NCBI GenBank assembly: GCA_965277805.1
Contig: OZ255842.1
Location: 640,001 to 704,000 of the forward strand
DNA length: 64,000 bases
Source: Candidatus Lustribacter sp.
GTDB taxonomy: Bacteria; Vulcanimicrobiota; Vulcanimicrobiia; Vulcanimicrobiales; Vulcanimicrobiaceae
Direction of reading: 5' to 3'
In this document: in pieces, positions 46,704 through 56,556 of the stretch
How positions within the stretch are numbered: position 1 is the first letter of the stretch
How the letters are laid out: each line of letters begins with the position of its first letter
Notes under the pieces: generated by a model
What the model was told of the DNA's origin: nothing
Databases searched by the model: none
What the model saw: the letters and a program-made list of their open reading frames with translations, nothing else
Program-made: the position numbers and the translations under genes

Positions 46704-47891
46704 ATGAGCCGTGCATTCAAGTTTGCGTGCGCGACGCTGGTGGCCGCGCTCATCGGCGGCGCGACGCTGCCGGCGAGCGCGCAACCGGCGCCCTACACGT
46801 TCGAAGTCATTCTCCCGATGACCGGGCAGGCGGCGTTTTCGGGCCAAGCCGAAAGCCAGACGCTCTCTGCGTTCGAGAAGTACGTCAACGCCAACGGCGG
46901 CGTGCGCGGCGGCCCGATCCATTTCGACATCAAAGACGATCAGACGAGCCCCCAAGTCGCGCTGCAACTGACCAACGCGCTGGTCGCGCAGCGCGTGCCG
47001 GTGATCTTCGGCTCGGCCGTGGTGGCGACGTGCGCCTCGATCGGCGCCGCGGTGTCGGCAACGGGTCCGGTGCAGTTCTGCTTTTCGCCCGGCTATTCTC
47101 CGCCGAAGGATTCCTATTCGTTTGCAACCGGCGCAACGATCCTGGCGCTGACGAAGACGATTCTGACGTACGCGAAGCTGCGCGGCTTTCACCGTATCGC
47201 GTTCCTCGGCTCGACCGACGCGACCGGTATCGCATCGGCTGCGGTCAACGCCGAACTGTTCGCATCACCCGATCTGCGTGGCATCCAGCTGGTCGCCGAC
47301 GAGCGCGTCAGCACGGGTGACGTCTCCGCTGCCGCGCAGATGGCGAAAATCAAGGCCGCGAAGCCGGACGCCCTGTGGACATCGACCAGCGGCACCGTGT
47401 TCGGCACCGTGATCCACGCGATGTCCGACGTCGGGCTCGACGTGCCGGTGCTCACGACCACCGCCAATGCCAGCGCCGCGCAGCTCAAACCGATGGCCGC
47501 GCTACTGCCGCACGAACTCTACTTCAACGGCGTGCCCTTCCAGCTCGGCGATTTGCTCAAGGATGCCGACGTTCGCAAACAAGGCCGGACGTTCGCCGAC
47601 GCTTTCAAGCTGATCGGCGTCGAGCCGACGCCGCTGCACACGCTCTCGTGGGATTCGCTGCTGATCACGGTCGCGGCGCTGCGTCAATTCGGCCCGTCGA
47701 TGACCGCCGACCAGCTGAAAACCTACACGCTGGGGCTACGCCACTTCCCGGCACTGAACGGCAACTACAATTTCTCATCCGGCGATCAGCACGGCCTCGA
47801 TTCCAACGCGGTCGTCATCGTCGGGTGGGACCGTGACAAACAAGACTTCTTCCCCGCCAGCCAACTCGGAGGCATCCCGATCAAACGATAA
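46704..47891 (+). CDS. ABC solute-binding protein, LivJ type
   Basis: ILPMTG, VNANGGVRG, DDQTSPQVA, YNFSSGDQHGL. Confidence 0.88.
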   Translation: MSRAFKFACATLVAALIGGATLPASAQPAPYTFEVILPMTGQAAFSGQAESQTLSAFEKYVNANGGVRGGPIHFDIKDDQTSPQVALQLTNALVAQRVPVIFGSAVVATCASIGAAVSATGPVQFCFSPGYSPPKDSYSFATGATILALTKTILTYAKLRGFHRIAFLGSTDATGIASAAVNAELFASPDLRGIQLVADERVSTGDVSAAAQMAKIKAAKPDALWTSTSGTVFGTVIHAMSDVGLDVPVLTTTANASAAQLKPMAALLPHELYFNGVPFQLGDLLKDADVRKQGRTFADAFKLIGVEPTPLHTLSWDSLLITVAALRQFGPSMTADQLKTYTLGLRHFPALNGNYNFSSGDQHGLDSNAVVIVGWDRDKQDFFPASQLGGIPIKR

Positions 47892-47923
47892 GCAACGGAA
47901 GAAGTAGTGTTGTTGTTGCGGTT

Positions 47924-48057
47924 TCATTCCGAGCGGAGCGCGTAGCGCGTAGATGAGGAATGCGCCACAACCGAAGTTATCGAGTGCGGTCGCACTCGAT
48001 CGCCCGGAGTTTCTCTCGTTCCTCGTCTACGTGCCTTCGGCACTTCGCTCGGAATGA
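47924..48057. repeat. REP-like inverted doublet (about 134 bp) with nested hairpins between convergent genes
   Basis: Arm 47924-47960 (tcattccgagcggagcgcgtagcgcgtagatgaggaa) pairs with arm 48019-48057; central 10-bp stem atcgagtgcg-gt-cgcactcgat at 47979-48000. Confidence 0.8.
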
Positions 48058-48074
48058 CGGCGGTTTATCGCGTG

Positions 48075-49058
48075 CTACTGGGATGCTTTCCAGCGGCTCG
48101 AGCGCAACTCGGCCTCGGCTGCGCGGAGCGGGTCGAAGTCGTAAATCGCGCCGGCCGGCGGCACCGCGTCACGCGGCATCGACATGATGACCGCGCGCAC
48201 GTCGAGATCGCCCCGGATATCATCGTTCGATACCATCAAGTCGGGACTCAGCCCGGCAATGAACGCATCGTAGTCGGCTGACTCGATCGCGGCATTCGAT
48301 GAAGGCAGCAGCTTCAACATCATCGCGATCGTCTGCTGTTTGTAGGCCCGCACGTAGGCCATGCCCTTGAGAATTGCGCGCAGCATCTTGTGCAGCAGCT
48401 CGGGACGATCGGTGACCGTCTTTTCCGAAACGGCGAGGCCGTCGATCGGAAGGTGGATGTTCTTGTAGTCCATCACGAGATGGGCTTTGCTCAGTTCGCC
48501 CGTGATGCGCAGCTGCGTCACGTCGGTCGAGGCGAGGACGAAGGCCGGCGTGAGGCCCGACATCGCGCTCGCGCCGTTCGCGGTGCCGAGCGGCGTGTAG
48601 CCGACGGAGTCGGGAGGAATGCCCGCGTGCTGCAGCGCGATGCGCGTCGCCACCTCGCCGGCGTCACCGCGCGTTTCGATACCGATCTGTTTGCCTTTCA
48701 CGTCGGCGAGCGTGCGGATTTCGGGGCGCGTCGACCAGAGCGAGTAGAGCCCGCGGTTCTGCAGCACGAGGACGATGCGCATCGCGCCGCCGCGCATGAT
48801 CGCGGCCAGGGCGCTGGCGCTCGAGGCACTTGCATCGATGCTGCCCGAAAGCAAGGCCGGCGTCGCAACGCCGCCGTTCGCGAGCGTGTACTTGAAATCG
48901 AGGCCTTCCTCGGCGAAGTAGCCTTTCTGCCACGCGACGAGATACGGCGACTCGAACATCTGGATCGAGGGCATCGTGAACGTCAGCGTTTGCCCGGCGG
49001 CGGCCGGCGACGCGCAAGCAATCCACACCGCCGCGAGTGCGAGCGCGATGCGCCGCAA
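48075..49058 (-). CDS. ABC solute-binding protein, NMT1/SsuA type (paralog of 25703..26710)
   Basis: QKGYFAEEGLD, ATPALLSG, ETRGD, VGYTPLG, IYDF. Confidence 0.88.
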   Translation of the reverse strand: MRRIALALAAVWIACASPAAAGQTLTFTMPSIQMFESPYLVAWQKGYFAEEGLDFKYTLANGGVATPALLSGSIDASASSASALAAIMRGGAMRIVLVLQNRGLYSLWSTRPEIRTLADVKGKQIGIETRGDAGEVATRIALQHAGIPPDSVGYTPLGTANGASAMSGLTPAFVLASTDVTQLRITGELSKAHLVMDYKNIHLPIDGLAVSEKTVTDRPELLHKMLRAILKGMAYVRAYKQQTIAMMLKLLPSSNAAIESADYDAFIAGLSPDLMVSNDDIRGDLDVRAVIMSMPRDAVPPAGAIYDFDPLRAAEAELRSSRWKASQ

Positions 49059-49061
49059 GAG

Positions 49062-50021
49062 TTAGATTTTCACCGGCGTGAAGCGGGTGGTATAGAGCGT
49101 TTTCGGATCGGGCACGCTATCCATGATGCCGAGCTCCTTGAGCGACGATGCGACCGCCGCGACGGACTGGGTGTCGAAGGCGCCGTTGTTCGAGAGCCCG
49201 GGCAGTTCCTCATCATAGAGCCGCGCGGCGACGGCGGGCGATTGGTGCAGCGCAGCGACGGCGCTCGCGACCGTTTCGGGCTTGTGCGACCTCGCGTAGG
49301 CCACCGTCATGAACCAGCCGCGCAGAAAACGCTGGACGATGTCGGGGTGGTTGGCGATCATGCTGTCGCTCGCGAAAACGGCGTGCGTGATGAAGTGCTT
49401 GATCAATCCGAACGACATCAGCACGTGGCCTTCGTGCGTTTCTTCCACGCGATAGCCGACGCTCAGGTCGGCGACGGCGCCGGCCGTTTGGCCCGCGTTC
49501 ATCGCGATGATGCGCGGTTCGATCGCGCCCATCTCGAGCGAATTGATGCCGTCATTGCCCCAGCCTTGCTCGCGCGAGGTCTCGTGCACGAGCCAATCCG
49601 TCAGCGAGCCGGCCGAGGAGACGGTGATCGTCTTGCCCTTGAGATCGCGCGGCGTCTTGATCGTGCTGTTTTGCGCGACGATCACGCACATGTTCGACGG
49701 CGATCCGTACATCTCGGCCACGGCCATCGCCGGAATGCCTTTGGAGCGATAGCCCATCGCGGGGCCCGATCCCAGGGCGAAGTCGAGTTCGCCGGCCACG
49801 AACGCCTGTTGCTGCTGCGCGTCGGACTTGAACGCCGACATCACCGGGTTCAGGTTGACGCGGTCCCAAATGTGCGCGCTCGAGCCGAGATCGAGCAGCG
49901 CGAACAGGAACGAATCCGGGCTCGCGCGTCCGACGCGGATCGTGTCGGGCGCGGCGGCACGGGCCGGAATCGCCGAGACGAGAACGAGCAACGCGCTCAG
50001 AACTGCCGCGACGAGCCGCAT
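49062..50021 (-). CDS. ABC solute-binding protein, NMT1/SsuA type
   Basis: Signal peptide; LGSGP, DLKGKTITVSSAGSLTDWL. Confidence 0.88.
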   Translation of the reverse strand: MRLVAAVLSALLVLVSAIPARAAAPDTIRVGRASPDSFLFALLDLGSSAHIWDRVNLNPVMSAFKSDAQQQQAFVAGELDFALGSGPAMGYRSKGIPAMAVAEMYGSPSNMCVIVAQNSTIKTPRDLKGKTITVSSAGSLTDWLVHETSREQGWGNDGINSLEMGAIEPRIIAMNAGQTAGAVADLSVGYRVEETHEGHVLMSFGLIKHFITHAVFASDSMIANHPDIVQRFLRGWFMTVAYARSHKPETVASAVAALHQSPAVAARLYDEELPGLSNNGAFDTQSVAAVASSLKELGIMDSVPDPKTLYTTRFTPVKI

Positions 50022-51769
50022 TAGGGTTGACGCCGTTGCGCGCGCAACGCCGCGGTGGCCGCGTCGTCGACCGTTTTGTCGGCCTTGAAGACCACGCCAT
50101 AGTCGTCACGCGCAGCGTCGACGGTGATGAGCTCGTCGAGTACGTCGCTGCGCACGCTGGCCGGATCGCGGTCGAGCGGGTTGCCCCAGCCGCCGCCGCC
50201 GGCCGTTTCGACGACGACCGATGCGCCGGCGGGGAAGTTCGTGCGGTACGGGTCTTCGTTTGCGAACGGCTCGTCTTTGGTGCGCCGTGCGCGGTTGAGC
50301 GACGCCTCGCCGCTGCCGCCCCCGAAGACGCCCCACGGCGGCAGCTTGCGGCGGCCGTTGTTGCTGAGGCTCCAGCTGCCTTCGAGCAAATTGGTGAACT
50401 GTGTCGCCATGCCGAGGCCGCCGCGGAACTTGCCCGCGCCGCCCGAGCCTTCGCGCAGCGAACGCCGGTCGACGCGCACGGGCGACTTCAGCTCGATCGT
50501 TTCGATCGGCGTGTTGCGCACGTCGCCTTGGCAGACCGACACCGACGCCGATGGGCCGTCGGCATTGGGACGCGCACCCCAGCCGCCGCCCTCGATCGTT
50601 TGCAGCACGAAGGCGTTGCCGGTTTTCGGATCGCGGCCGAAAAACGCGACGCCGCCGCCGAGCGTGCCCAAATGCGCGGCGGGCGTGCGTTCGGGCATCG
50701 CGGGCGCAAGCGCTTTGACGATCGTGTCGACCATCGTCGGCAGCGCGCGGCTCCAGCCGGCCATCGGCGCGGGGAAGCGCGCCATCAGCATGTTGCCTTC
50801 TTGAATCTCGACTTTGAGCGCGCGGAACGAGCCTTCGTTGACCGGCTCGAGCGGCCCGGTGATGCCCTTGTAGGCGATGTACGGGGCCGCCAGCGTGCGC
50901 GCATTCATCCCGCCCTTGCGTTCGAGCGAGGACTTCGTGAGATCGATCGTCATGTCGGTGCCGCTCACCGTAACGATGACGCGTAAGGGAACGGTCGAGG
51001 TGCGATCGAAGCCGTCGTTGTCCATGTAGGACTCGGCTTCGTAGACGCCATCGGGGATCTCGCCGACGACGAGCCGGCACTTACGCTCGGTCTCATCGAA
51101 GATCGTCTCGATCGAACGCGAGATCGTGTCGCGCCCGTAGCGCGTGTAGAGCTCCTCGAGCCGGCGCTCGGCCAGCTTGCACGCGGCGATCTGCGAGCGC
51201 ATGTCGCCCATCGCGGCATCCGGATAGCGGATGTTGTCGCGGATGATCGCGAGCACTTTTTCGTCGGGCACGCCGCGCTCGTAGATCTTGATCTGATTGA
51301 ACTGCAGGCCTTCCATCCACGGGTCGGCGACGTTCTGCGCGCCGAAGCCCGTGCTCATGCCGCCGACGTCGCCCCAGTGCGCGCGCACGATCGCAAACGC
51401 GGTCAGGACGCCGTCGACGAAGAAGGGCGTATAGATGCAGACGTTGTTGAGGTGCTGACCCGAGACGCGCTGATGGTTCATCAAGAGCACGTCGCCCGGC
51501 GCGAAGCCGTCGCGCCCGTAGTGCTCGATGCCGTCTTTGATCACGACGCCGAGATCGGCTACGAAGTGCGACACGCCGCCGATGTTCTGCGAGATCAAAC
51601 GCCCGTCGGTGTCGAGCAGCGCGCAGCAGTAATCGCGGATCTCGTAGATCATCATGTTGTACGAGGTGCGCTGCAGGTCGACCGACATCTCGTCGGCGAT
51701 CGCCGGAAACGCGTTGCGCAGCACCTCGAGCGTGACCGGATCGAGGCGCGCGGGTTGTTCGGCGATCAT
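50021..51769 (-). CDS. Hydantoinase B/5-oxoprolinase subunit (paralog of 18029..19771)
   Basis: DPVTLEVLRNA, LQRTSYNMMIYE, HWGDVGG, SGGAGKFRGG, TAGGGGWGNP. Confidence 0.92.
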   Translation of the reverse strand: MIAEQPARLDPVTLEVLRNAFPAIADEMSVDLQRTSYNMMIYEIRDYCCALLDTDGRLISQNIGGVSHFVADLGVVIKDGIEHYGRDGFAPGDVLLMNHQRVSGQHLNNVCIYTPFFVDGVLTAFAIVRAHWGDVGGMSTGFGAQNVADPWMEGLQFNQIKIYERGVPDEKVLAIIRDNIRYPDAAMGDMRSQIAACKLAERRLEELYTRYGRDTISRSIETIFDETERKCRLVVGEIPDGVYEAESYMDNDGFDRTSTVPLRVIVTVSGTDMTIDLTKSSLERKGGMNARTLAAPYIAYKGITGPLEPVNEGSFRALKVEIQEGNMLMARFPAPMAGWSRALPTMVDTIVKALAPAMPERTPAAHLGTLGGGVAFFGRDPKTGNAFVLQTIEGGGWGARPNADGPSASVSVCQGDVRNTPIETIELKSPVRVDRRSLREGSGGAGKFRGGLGMATQFTNLLEGSWSLSNNGRRKLPPWGVFGGGSGEASLNRARRTKDEPFANEDPYRTNFPAGASVVVETAGGGGWGNPLDRDPASVRSDVLDELITVDAARDDYGVVFKADKTVDDAATAALRAQRRQP

Positions 51770-53814
51770 GCGTTTGCTCCAATGGTTACGATCATTTCGC
51801 CGCCGTCGGCGACCGTCATCGCATCGCCCGCCAATAGCACGGTCGTCGATGCGTATTCCCAAATGATGGCGGGGCCGGCGACCTTCGATCCCGGCGGCAG
51901 TTTGTCGCGGTCGTAAACCGGACACTCCACCGGATGTTCGGGATCGTCGAGCACGACCGGGTTGCGCGCGAAGAGCGCATCGCCCGCGCCGCTCTCGATA
52001 CGCGGAAAGCTGAGCCGTTCGCGGCGCCCGTTGACGGTGAGGCGCAAGTTCACCACCTCGACCGGTTCGTTCACCGCTTGATGACCGTAACGGCGATCGT
52101 GCAGCTCGTCGAACGACCGCCGGATGCGCTCCGGATCGCCGCTGCGCAGGTCCTCATCGCTGACCGGCGTTTGGATCGGGAACTCCTGGCCCACGTAACG
52201 CACGTCGAGGAAACGCTGCACGGCCATCGCTTCGGGAGCGGTGCCCTCGTCGGCGAGCAGCGCTTTACCGTCGGCGATCATCTCATCGAAGACGCGCGTC
52301 ATGTCGGCGAAATCGGCGGAGAGCAGCGGCTTGTAGTACGTGCGCACGTAGTCGTGACGCAGATCGGCCATCAGCATACCGAAGGCGGAGAAGTGTCCCG
52401 GGACGCGCGGCACGATCAGCGTCGGAATGTGCAGTTCGCGCGCGATCTCGGCCGCGTGCAGCCCGCCGGCGCCGCCGAAGCCGAGCAGCGCGAAATCGCG
52501 CGGATCGTAGCCGCGCGCGACCGAGACGCCGCGCACGGCGAGCGACATCTCCGCGATCGCGATCTTGATGATGCCGAGCGCGGCTTCGTTGACGGAGATC
52601 CCGAGCGGCTCGGCGATCTTCCGGCGAATACTCTCGCGCGCCGCTTGGACGTTCAGCGGCATCTCGCCGCCGAGAAAGCGTTCGGCAATCACGCGCCCGA
52701 GCGCGACGTTGGCATCGGTGACGGTCGGTTCCGTGCCGCCTTGACCGTAGGCGACGGGACCCGGATGACCGCCCGCACTGCGCGGCCCGACTTTCAGCGC
52801 CCCGACCTGATCGATCCAGGCGATGCTGCCGCCGCCGGCGCCGACCTCGATGATGTCGACGACCGGCAGCATCACCGGATGCCCGCTCGCGATGCCGCCG
52901 ATAAAGTACCCTTGCGCGATATCCGGTTCGCTGTTTTGCACGAGGCTGACTTTGGCGGTTGTGCCGCCCATGTCGAACGCGATCACGTTGGCATAGCCGA
53001 GCCGGCTGCCGACTTCGGCCGCGGCGATGATGCCGCCGACCGGGCCCGATTCCATCATCGCGACCGGAATGCGCTTCGCGGTTGCCGGCGACATCGTGCC
53101 GCCGTTCGACTGCATGATCAAGAGGCGTCCGCCGAACGAAAACGATTCGAGCAGACCTTCGAGATCGGAGAGATACTTGCTGACGCGCGGCCCGACGTAG
53201 GAGTTCAGGACCGTCGTCGAGGTGCGTTCGTACTCGCGGTATTCGCGCAGGATGTCGTGCGAGAGCGAGCGGTACACGTCCGGCGCGAGATCGGCGAAGA
53301 TTTCGCCGACGGCAACTTCGTGATCGGGGTTCGCCCACGAGTGCAGGAAGCAGACGGCCACCGACTCGATGTCCTCAGCATTCAAGCGCTTGGCGAGCGC
53401 GCGCGCGCCGTCGCGTTCGAGTACGGTAACGACGTCGCCCGACGCGTTGAGGCGTTCGACGATTTCGTGGGTGTCGCGACGCGGGACGTAAGGCGTCGGG
53501 CGTTCGAAGAAGAGGTTGTAGGCTTCGGGGCGGTTGCCGCGTCCGATGCTGTAGACGTCGCGCGTGCCTTCGGTGACGACCAGTGCCGTGCGCGCCCCGG
53601 TACGTTCGATCGCGGTGTTGATTGCTACGGTCGAACCGTGAATGAACGTTTCCGCATCTTGCATCGGCAGGCCGCTCTTCGCAAGCGTCTCGCGGATGCC
53701 GACGGCAAGGTCGTACGGAGTCGTGGAGCTCTTGGCGTGATGAATCGAGCCGTTCATCAGGTCGAACGCGACCAAATCGGTGAATGTGCCGCCGATATCG
53801 AGTGCAATGACCAA
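51766..53814 (-). CDS. Hydantoinase A/5-oxoprolinase subunit (paralog of 15996..18029)
   Basis: LDIGGTFTD, HGSTVAIN, ESGPVGG, FDMGGTTAK; TTG start approximate. Confidence 0.92.
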   Translation of the reverse strand: MVIALDIGGTFTDLVAFDLMNGSIHHAKSSTTPYDLAVGIRETLAKSGLPMQDAETFIHGSTVAINTAIERTGARTALVVTEGTRDVYSIGRGNRPEAYNLFFERPTPYVPRRDTHEIVERLNASGDVVTVLERDGARALAKRLNAEDIESVAVCFLHSWANPDHEVAVGEIFADLAPDVYRSLSHDILREYREYERTSTTVLNSYVGPRVSKYLSDLEGLLESFSFGGRLLIMQSNGGTMSPATAKRIPVAMMESGPVGGIIAAAEVGSRLGYANVIAFDMGGTTAKVSLVQNSEPDIAQGYFIGGIASGHPVMLPVVDIIEVGAGGGSIAWIDQVGALKVGPRSAGGHPGPVAYGQGGTEPTVTDANVALGRVIAERFLGGEMPLNVQAARESIRRKIAEPLGISVNEAALGIIKIAIAEMSLAVRGVSVARGYDPRDFALLGFGGAGGLHAAEIARELHIPTLIVPRVPGHFSAFGMLMADLRHDYVRTYYKPLLSADFADMTRVFDEMIADGKALLADEGTAPEAMAVQRFLDVRYVGQEFPIQTPVSDEDLRSGDPERIRRSFDELHDRRYGHQAVNEPVEVVNLRLTVNGRRERLSFPRIESGAGDALFARNPVVLDDPEHPVECPVYDRDKLPPGSKVAGPAIIWEYASTTVLLAGDAMTVADGGEMIVTIGANA

Positions 53815-53915
53815 CGACAAAGAAGTTCTCCGCACGGGCGCCAAAAAGGGAGTATCTTTCTTCTAGTGTCGCTAAAAGGAGCCTCCCGCATACCGCTCGC
53901 CCGGGGCCCGCAAAC

Positions 53916-55202
53916 ATGAGTTCTACAACGTCGCAAGACTACGCGTCGCAGCTCTGCGCGGCGCTCATGGAAGTCCTCGCGACAGATCACACACTGAAAC
54001 ATGTCTTGCAACGTTTGAACGCAAGCGGTCTTCGGCCGCCGTCGGGCGCCGCGTGGGACGAACGCGAACTGACCGCGACGCTCGCAGCGCTCGCTCCGGT
54101 ACCGGAAAAGACCGCCGCCGGACCGGTCTTTACGGCCGATTGGGACCCGCAGCGGGCGCAGCCTTCAACGTCTTCGCAAAAACTGAAAGCGCCGTCGCCG
54201 GCAGCGCGCGCCGAGTTCTTGCTCAAATACGGGTTGCGCAACAAGTGGTACGTCGTCGCGTCGTCCGATGAGGTGACGGCGGCGCCGCTCGGCGTGAAGC
54301 GTTTGGGCGAGAACCTCGTGCTGTGGCGCGATACGGCCGGACGCGTGCATGCGCTCGAAGACCGCTGCCCGCATCGCGGCATCGCCTTGTCAATCGGCGA
54401 GCTGCGCGACGGTTTGCTCACCTGCGCGTATCACGGCGTGCAGGTCGACGATTACGGTAAGGTCGCGCGCGTTCCGGCTCTGCCCGGCTGTGCGCTCGAA
54501 GGCAAGACATTGATCAAGAGCTATCCGGTCATCGAGCACTATCAAGCCGTCTGGGCGTACTTCGGCGACGAACGGCATCCCGAGCCGCTGCCGCTCGAAC
54601 TTCCCGACGAACTGATCTCACCCGAATGGACCGGCGTGATCCACACCGACGTGTGGAACGGCGACTACCGTTACGTATGGGACAACCTCGTCGATCCGAT
54701 GCATGGGCCGTATCTGCACAGCCAAACCTACACGCAATCGCGCGGGCCGAAGAACGACGACGTCGCGGTAAAAGAAACCGGTCACGGCTTTCAGATCTAT
54801 CGCGAAGGCCAGCGCGGCGTGAACCTCGACTGGATCGAGTTCGTCGACGCGGGCACGGCGATGTATTCGCGCGTTGAAATCCCGATGCCGCCGAATGCCG
54901 GGCCGGGCGGGTTCATGGGCATCATCTTTTTCCCCACTCCGATCGACGAAGGCCACACGCGCGTCAACGTCTGGCGTTTACGCAAGGTATCGGGCTGGGA
55001 GCGCAACTTGTGGCACTTCCTGTTCAAGTACCGCATCCTCGGTTTCGTGAACGCGGTGCTCGAACAGGACAAGAACGCGCTGGCCTTCATGCCGGCGTGG
55101 CCGGCGCCCGAACGTCTGTATCTGCACGACGTGGGCATCACGAAGCTGCGTAAACTGATGCGCGAAGAAGCCAAAATCCAAGCCAAGGAGTTCGCTCGAT
55201 GA
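53916..55202 (+). CDS. Rieske oxygenase alpha subunit with an N-terminal recombinase-like HTH domain
   Basis: About 60-aa helical N-domain (YASQL..ALMEV...LNASG..PPSGAAWDE); CPHRG..CAYHG; DNLVDPMHGPYLH; EQD. Confidence 0.88.
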   Translation: MSSTTSQDYASQLCAALMEVLATDHTLKHVLQRLNASGLRPPSGAAWDERELTATLAALAPVPEKTAAGPVFTADWDPQRAQPSTSSQKLKAPSPAARAEFLLKYGLRNKWYVVASSDEVTAAPLGVKRLGENLVLWRDTAGRVHALEDRCPHRGIALSIGELRDGLLTCAYHGVQVDDYGKVARVPALPGCALEGKTLIKSYPVIEHYQAVWAYFGDERHPEPLPLELPDELISPEWTGVIHTDVWNGDYRYVWDNLVDPMHGPYLHSQTYTQSRGPKNDDVAVKETGHGFQIYREGQRGVNLDWIEFVDAGTAMYSRVEIPMPPNAGPGGFMGIIFFPTPIDEGHTRVNVWRLRKVSGWERNLWHFLFKYRILGFVNAVLEQDKNALAFMPAWPAPERLYLHDVGITKLRKLMREEAKIQAKEFAR

Positions 55203-56305
55203 GTTCGCTGGACGCGCTGAAGGCCAATCTTCACGATCGCCTGAGCACGCACAAGGCGCCGTTTCACGGCGTCGACGTCACCGCATCGGCGGCGGCGATC
55301 GATGCGCTGACGAATACCGAGCCCGATCATTGGGCCGACGTATGGTTGCGTGCGGCGATGCCGTTTGAAGAAGAAGCGCGCAAACGCCAGCAGGCCGGTG
55401 ACCACGCCGCCGCGCGCGCGGCATTTCTTAATGCGTACGGTCTGCTGCACGCGGGTCGCTTTCCGTCGCCGACGCATCCGGCGAAGTGGGCGAACTACCA
55501 GCGTTCGGTGCAGAACTTCCGCGCGGCCGGTGCGTACTTCGATCCGCCGCTCGAAGTGATCACGATTCCCTTCGCCGGCCGGGCCGATGAAGGCAAGCAG
55601 ATCACGTTCTACATTCGCCGCCGGACAGGCACGAAGCAGCCGGTCGTCATCCGCTGGGGCGGCGTCGACACATGGAAAGAAGAGCGCACCGACTACAACG
55701 AGGCGATGCTCGACGCCGGGTTCGCGTCGATCAACATCGACATGCCCGGCGTGGGCGAATCGCCGGTGATGGGTTCCGTCGATGCCGAGCGCCAGTATGC
55801 GCCGCTCTTCGATTGGATCGCGACGCAGAGCGATCTCGATGCGGAGCGCGTCGTGGTGGTCGGGATGTCGTACGGCGGCTACTGGGCGACCAAGATCGCG
55901 CACACCTATCCCGATCGCGTCGCCGGGGTGGTCAATTGGGGCGGCGGCATCGATCGTTTCTTCAGCCGCGACTGGAATCTCAAGTCGGCTTCGGCGCCGA
56001 GCTATCTGATGGATCTGAGCCTCACGCGCGCGCGCACCGTCGGCGCGAAGTCGTACGATGAGTACATCGAACGCGTCAAAGATTTTTCGCTCGTCGCGCA
56101 GGGCGTGCTCGACCGGCCGCACGCGCCGATGCTGATCGTCAACGGCCGCGACGATCAGCAAGTGCCCTTTGACGATATGCTGGTGCTGCTCGAACACGGC
56201 TCGCCCAAGGCCGCGCGCTTTTTCCCGGGCGGTCACATGGGCTACGGCCCGCAAACCTTCCCCACGGTGCTCGCTTGGATCAAGCGTCAGGCGCGTATCG
56301 CATGA
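55199..56305 (+). CDS. Alpha/beta hydrolase, FrsA/2,6-dihydroxypseudooxynicotine hydrolase-like
   Basis: GGVDTWKEE, DMPGVGES, GMSYGGY (Ser nucleophile), NGRDD, GHMG. Confidence 0.85.
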   Translation: MSSLDALKANLHDRLSTHKAPFHGVDVTASAAAIDALTNTEPDHWADVWLRAAMPFEEEARKRQQAGDHAAARAAFLNAYGLLHAGRFPSPTHPAKWANYQRSVQNFRAAGAYFDPPLEVITIPFAGRADEGKQITFYIRRRTGTKQPVVIRWGGVDTWKEERTDYNEAMLDAGFASINIDMPGVGESPVMGSVDAERQYAPLFDWIATQSDLDAERVVVVGMSYGGYWATKIAHTYPDRVAGVVNWGGGIDRFFSRDWNLKSASAPSYLMDLSLTRARTVGAKSYDEYIERVKDFSLVAQGVLDRPHAPMLIVNGRDDQQVPFDDMLVLLEHGSPKAARFFPGGHMGYGPQTFPTVLAWIKRQARIA

Positions 56306-56556
56306 GCACCTACACGCTGCAAAAACTATTGCGCGACGTCAACCGGAATCCGGTCCTGCGCGACCGGTATTTCACGGAGAGAGACGCGTTCGTTGCGGAC
56401 TACGCGCTCACGCCGGAAGAGCGCAGCGCCGTGCTGGCGTTCGACGTTCAAAAACTCTACGCGCTGGGCGTGCACGGTCTGCTCTTGCGCCCGTTCACGA
56501 TCATTCACAAGATGAGCGAGCCGGATTATCTGCGCGCGATCCGGGGAGAAGCCTGA
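56302..56556 (+). CDS. LigA-type small subunit of a class III extradiol dioxygenase
   Basis: YTLQKLL, YALTPEERSAV...DVQKLYALGVH; 84 aa; coupled to the LigB-like gene. Confidence 0.8.
   Translation: MSTYTLQKLLRDVNRNPVLRDRYFTERDAFVADYALTPEERSAVLAFDVQKLYALGVHGLLLRPFTIIHKMSEPDYLRAIRGEA

Noticed and set aside
51934-53919. Long antisense ORFs (661 aa here; also 17882..19660, 48390..50024, 32326..34011)
   Set aside because: Codon-register mirrors of well-supported genes on the opposite strand; no motifs
53916-54100. Recombinase-like HTH as evidence of a mobile element
   Set aside because: No catalytic recombinase domain, att sites or flanking repeats; the domain is fused to an oxygenase
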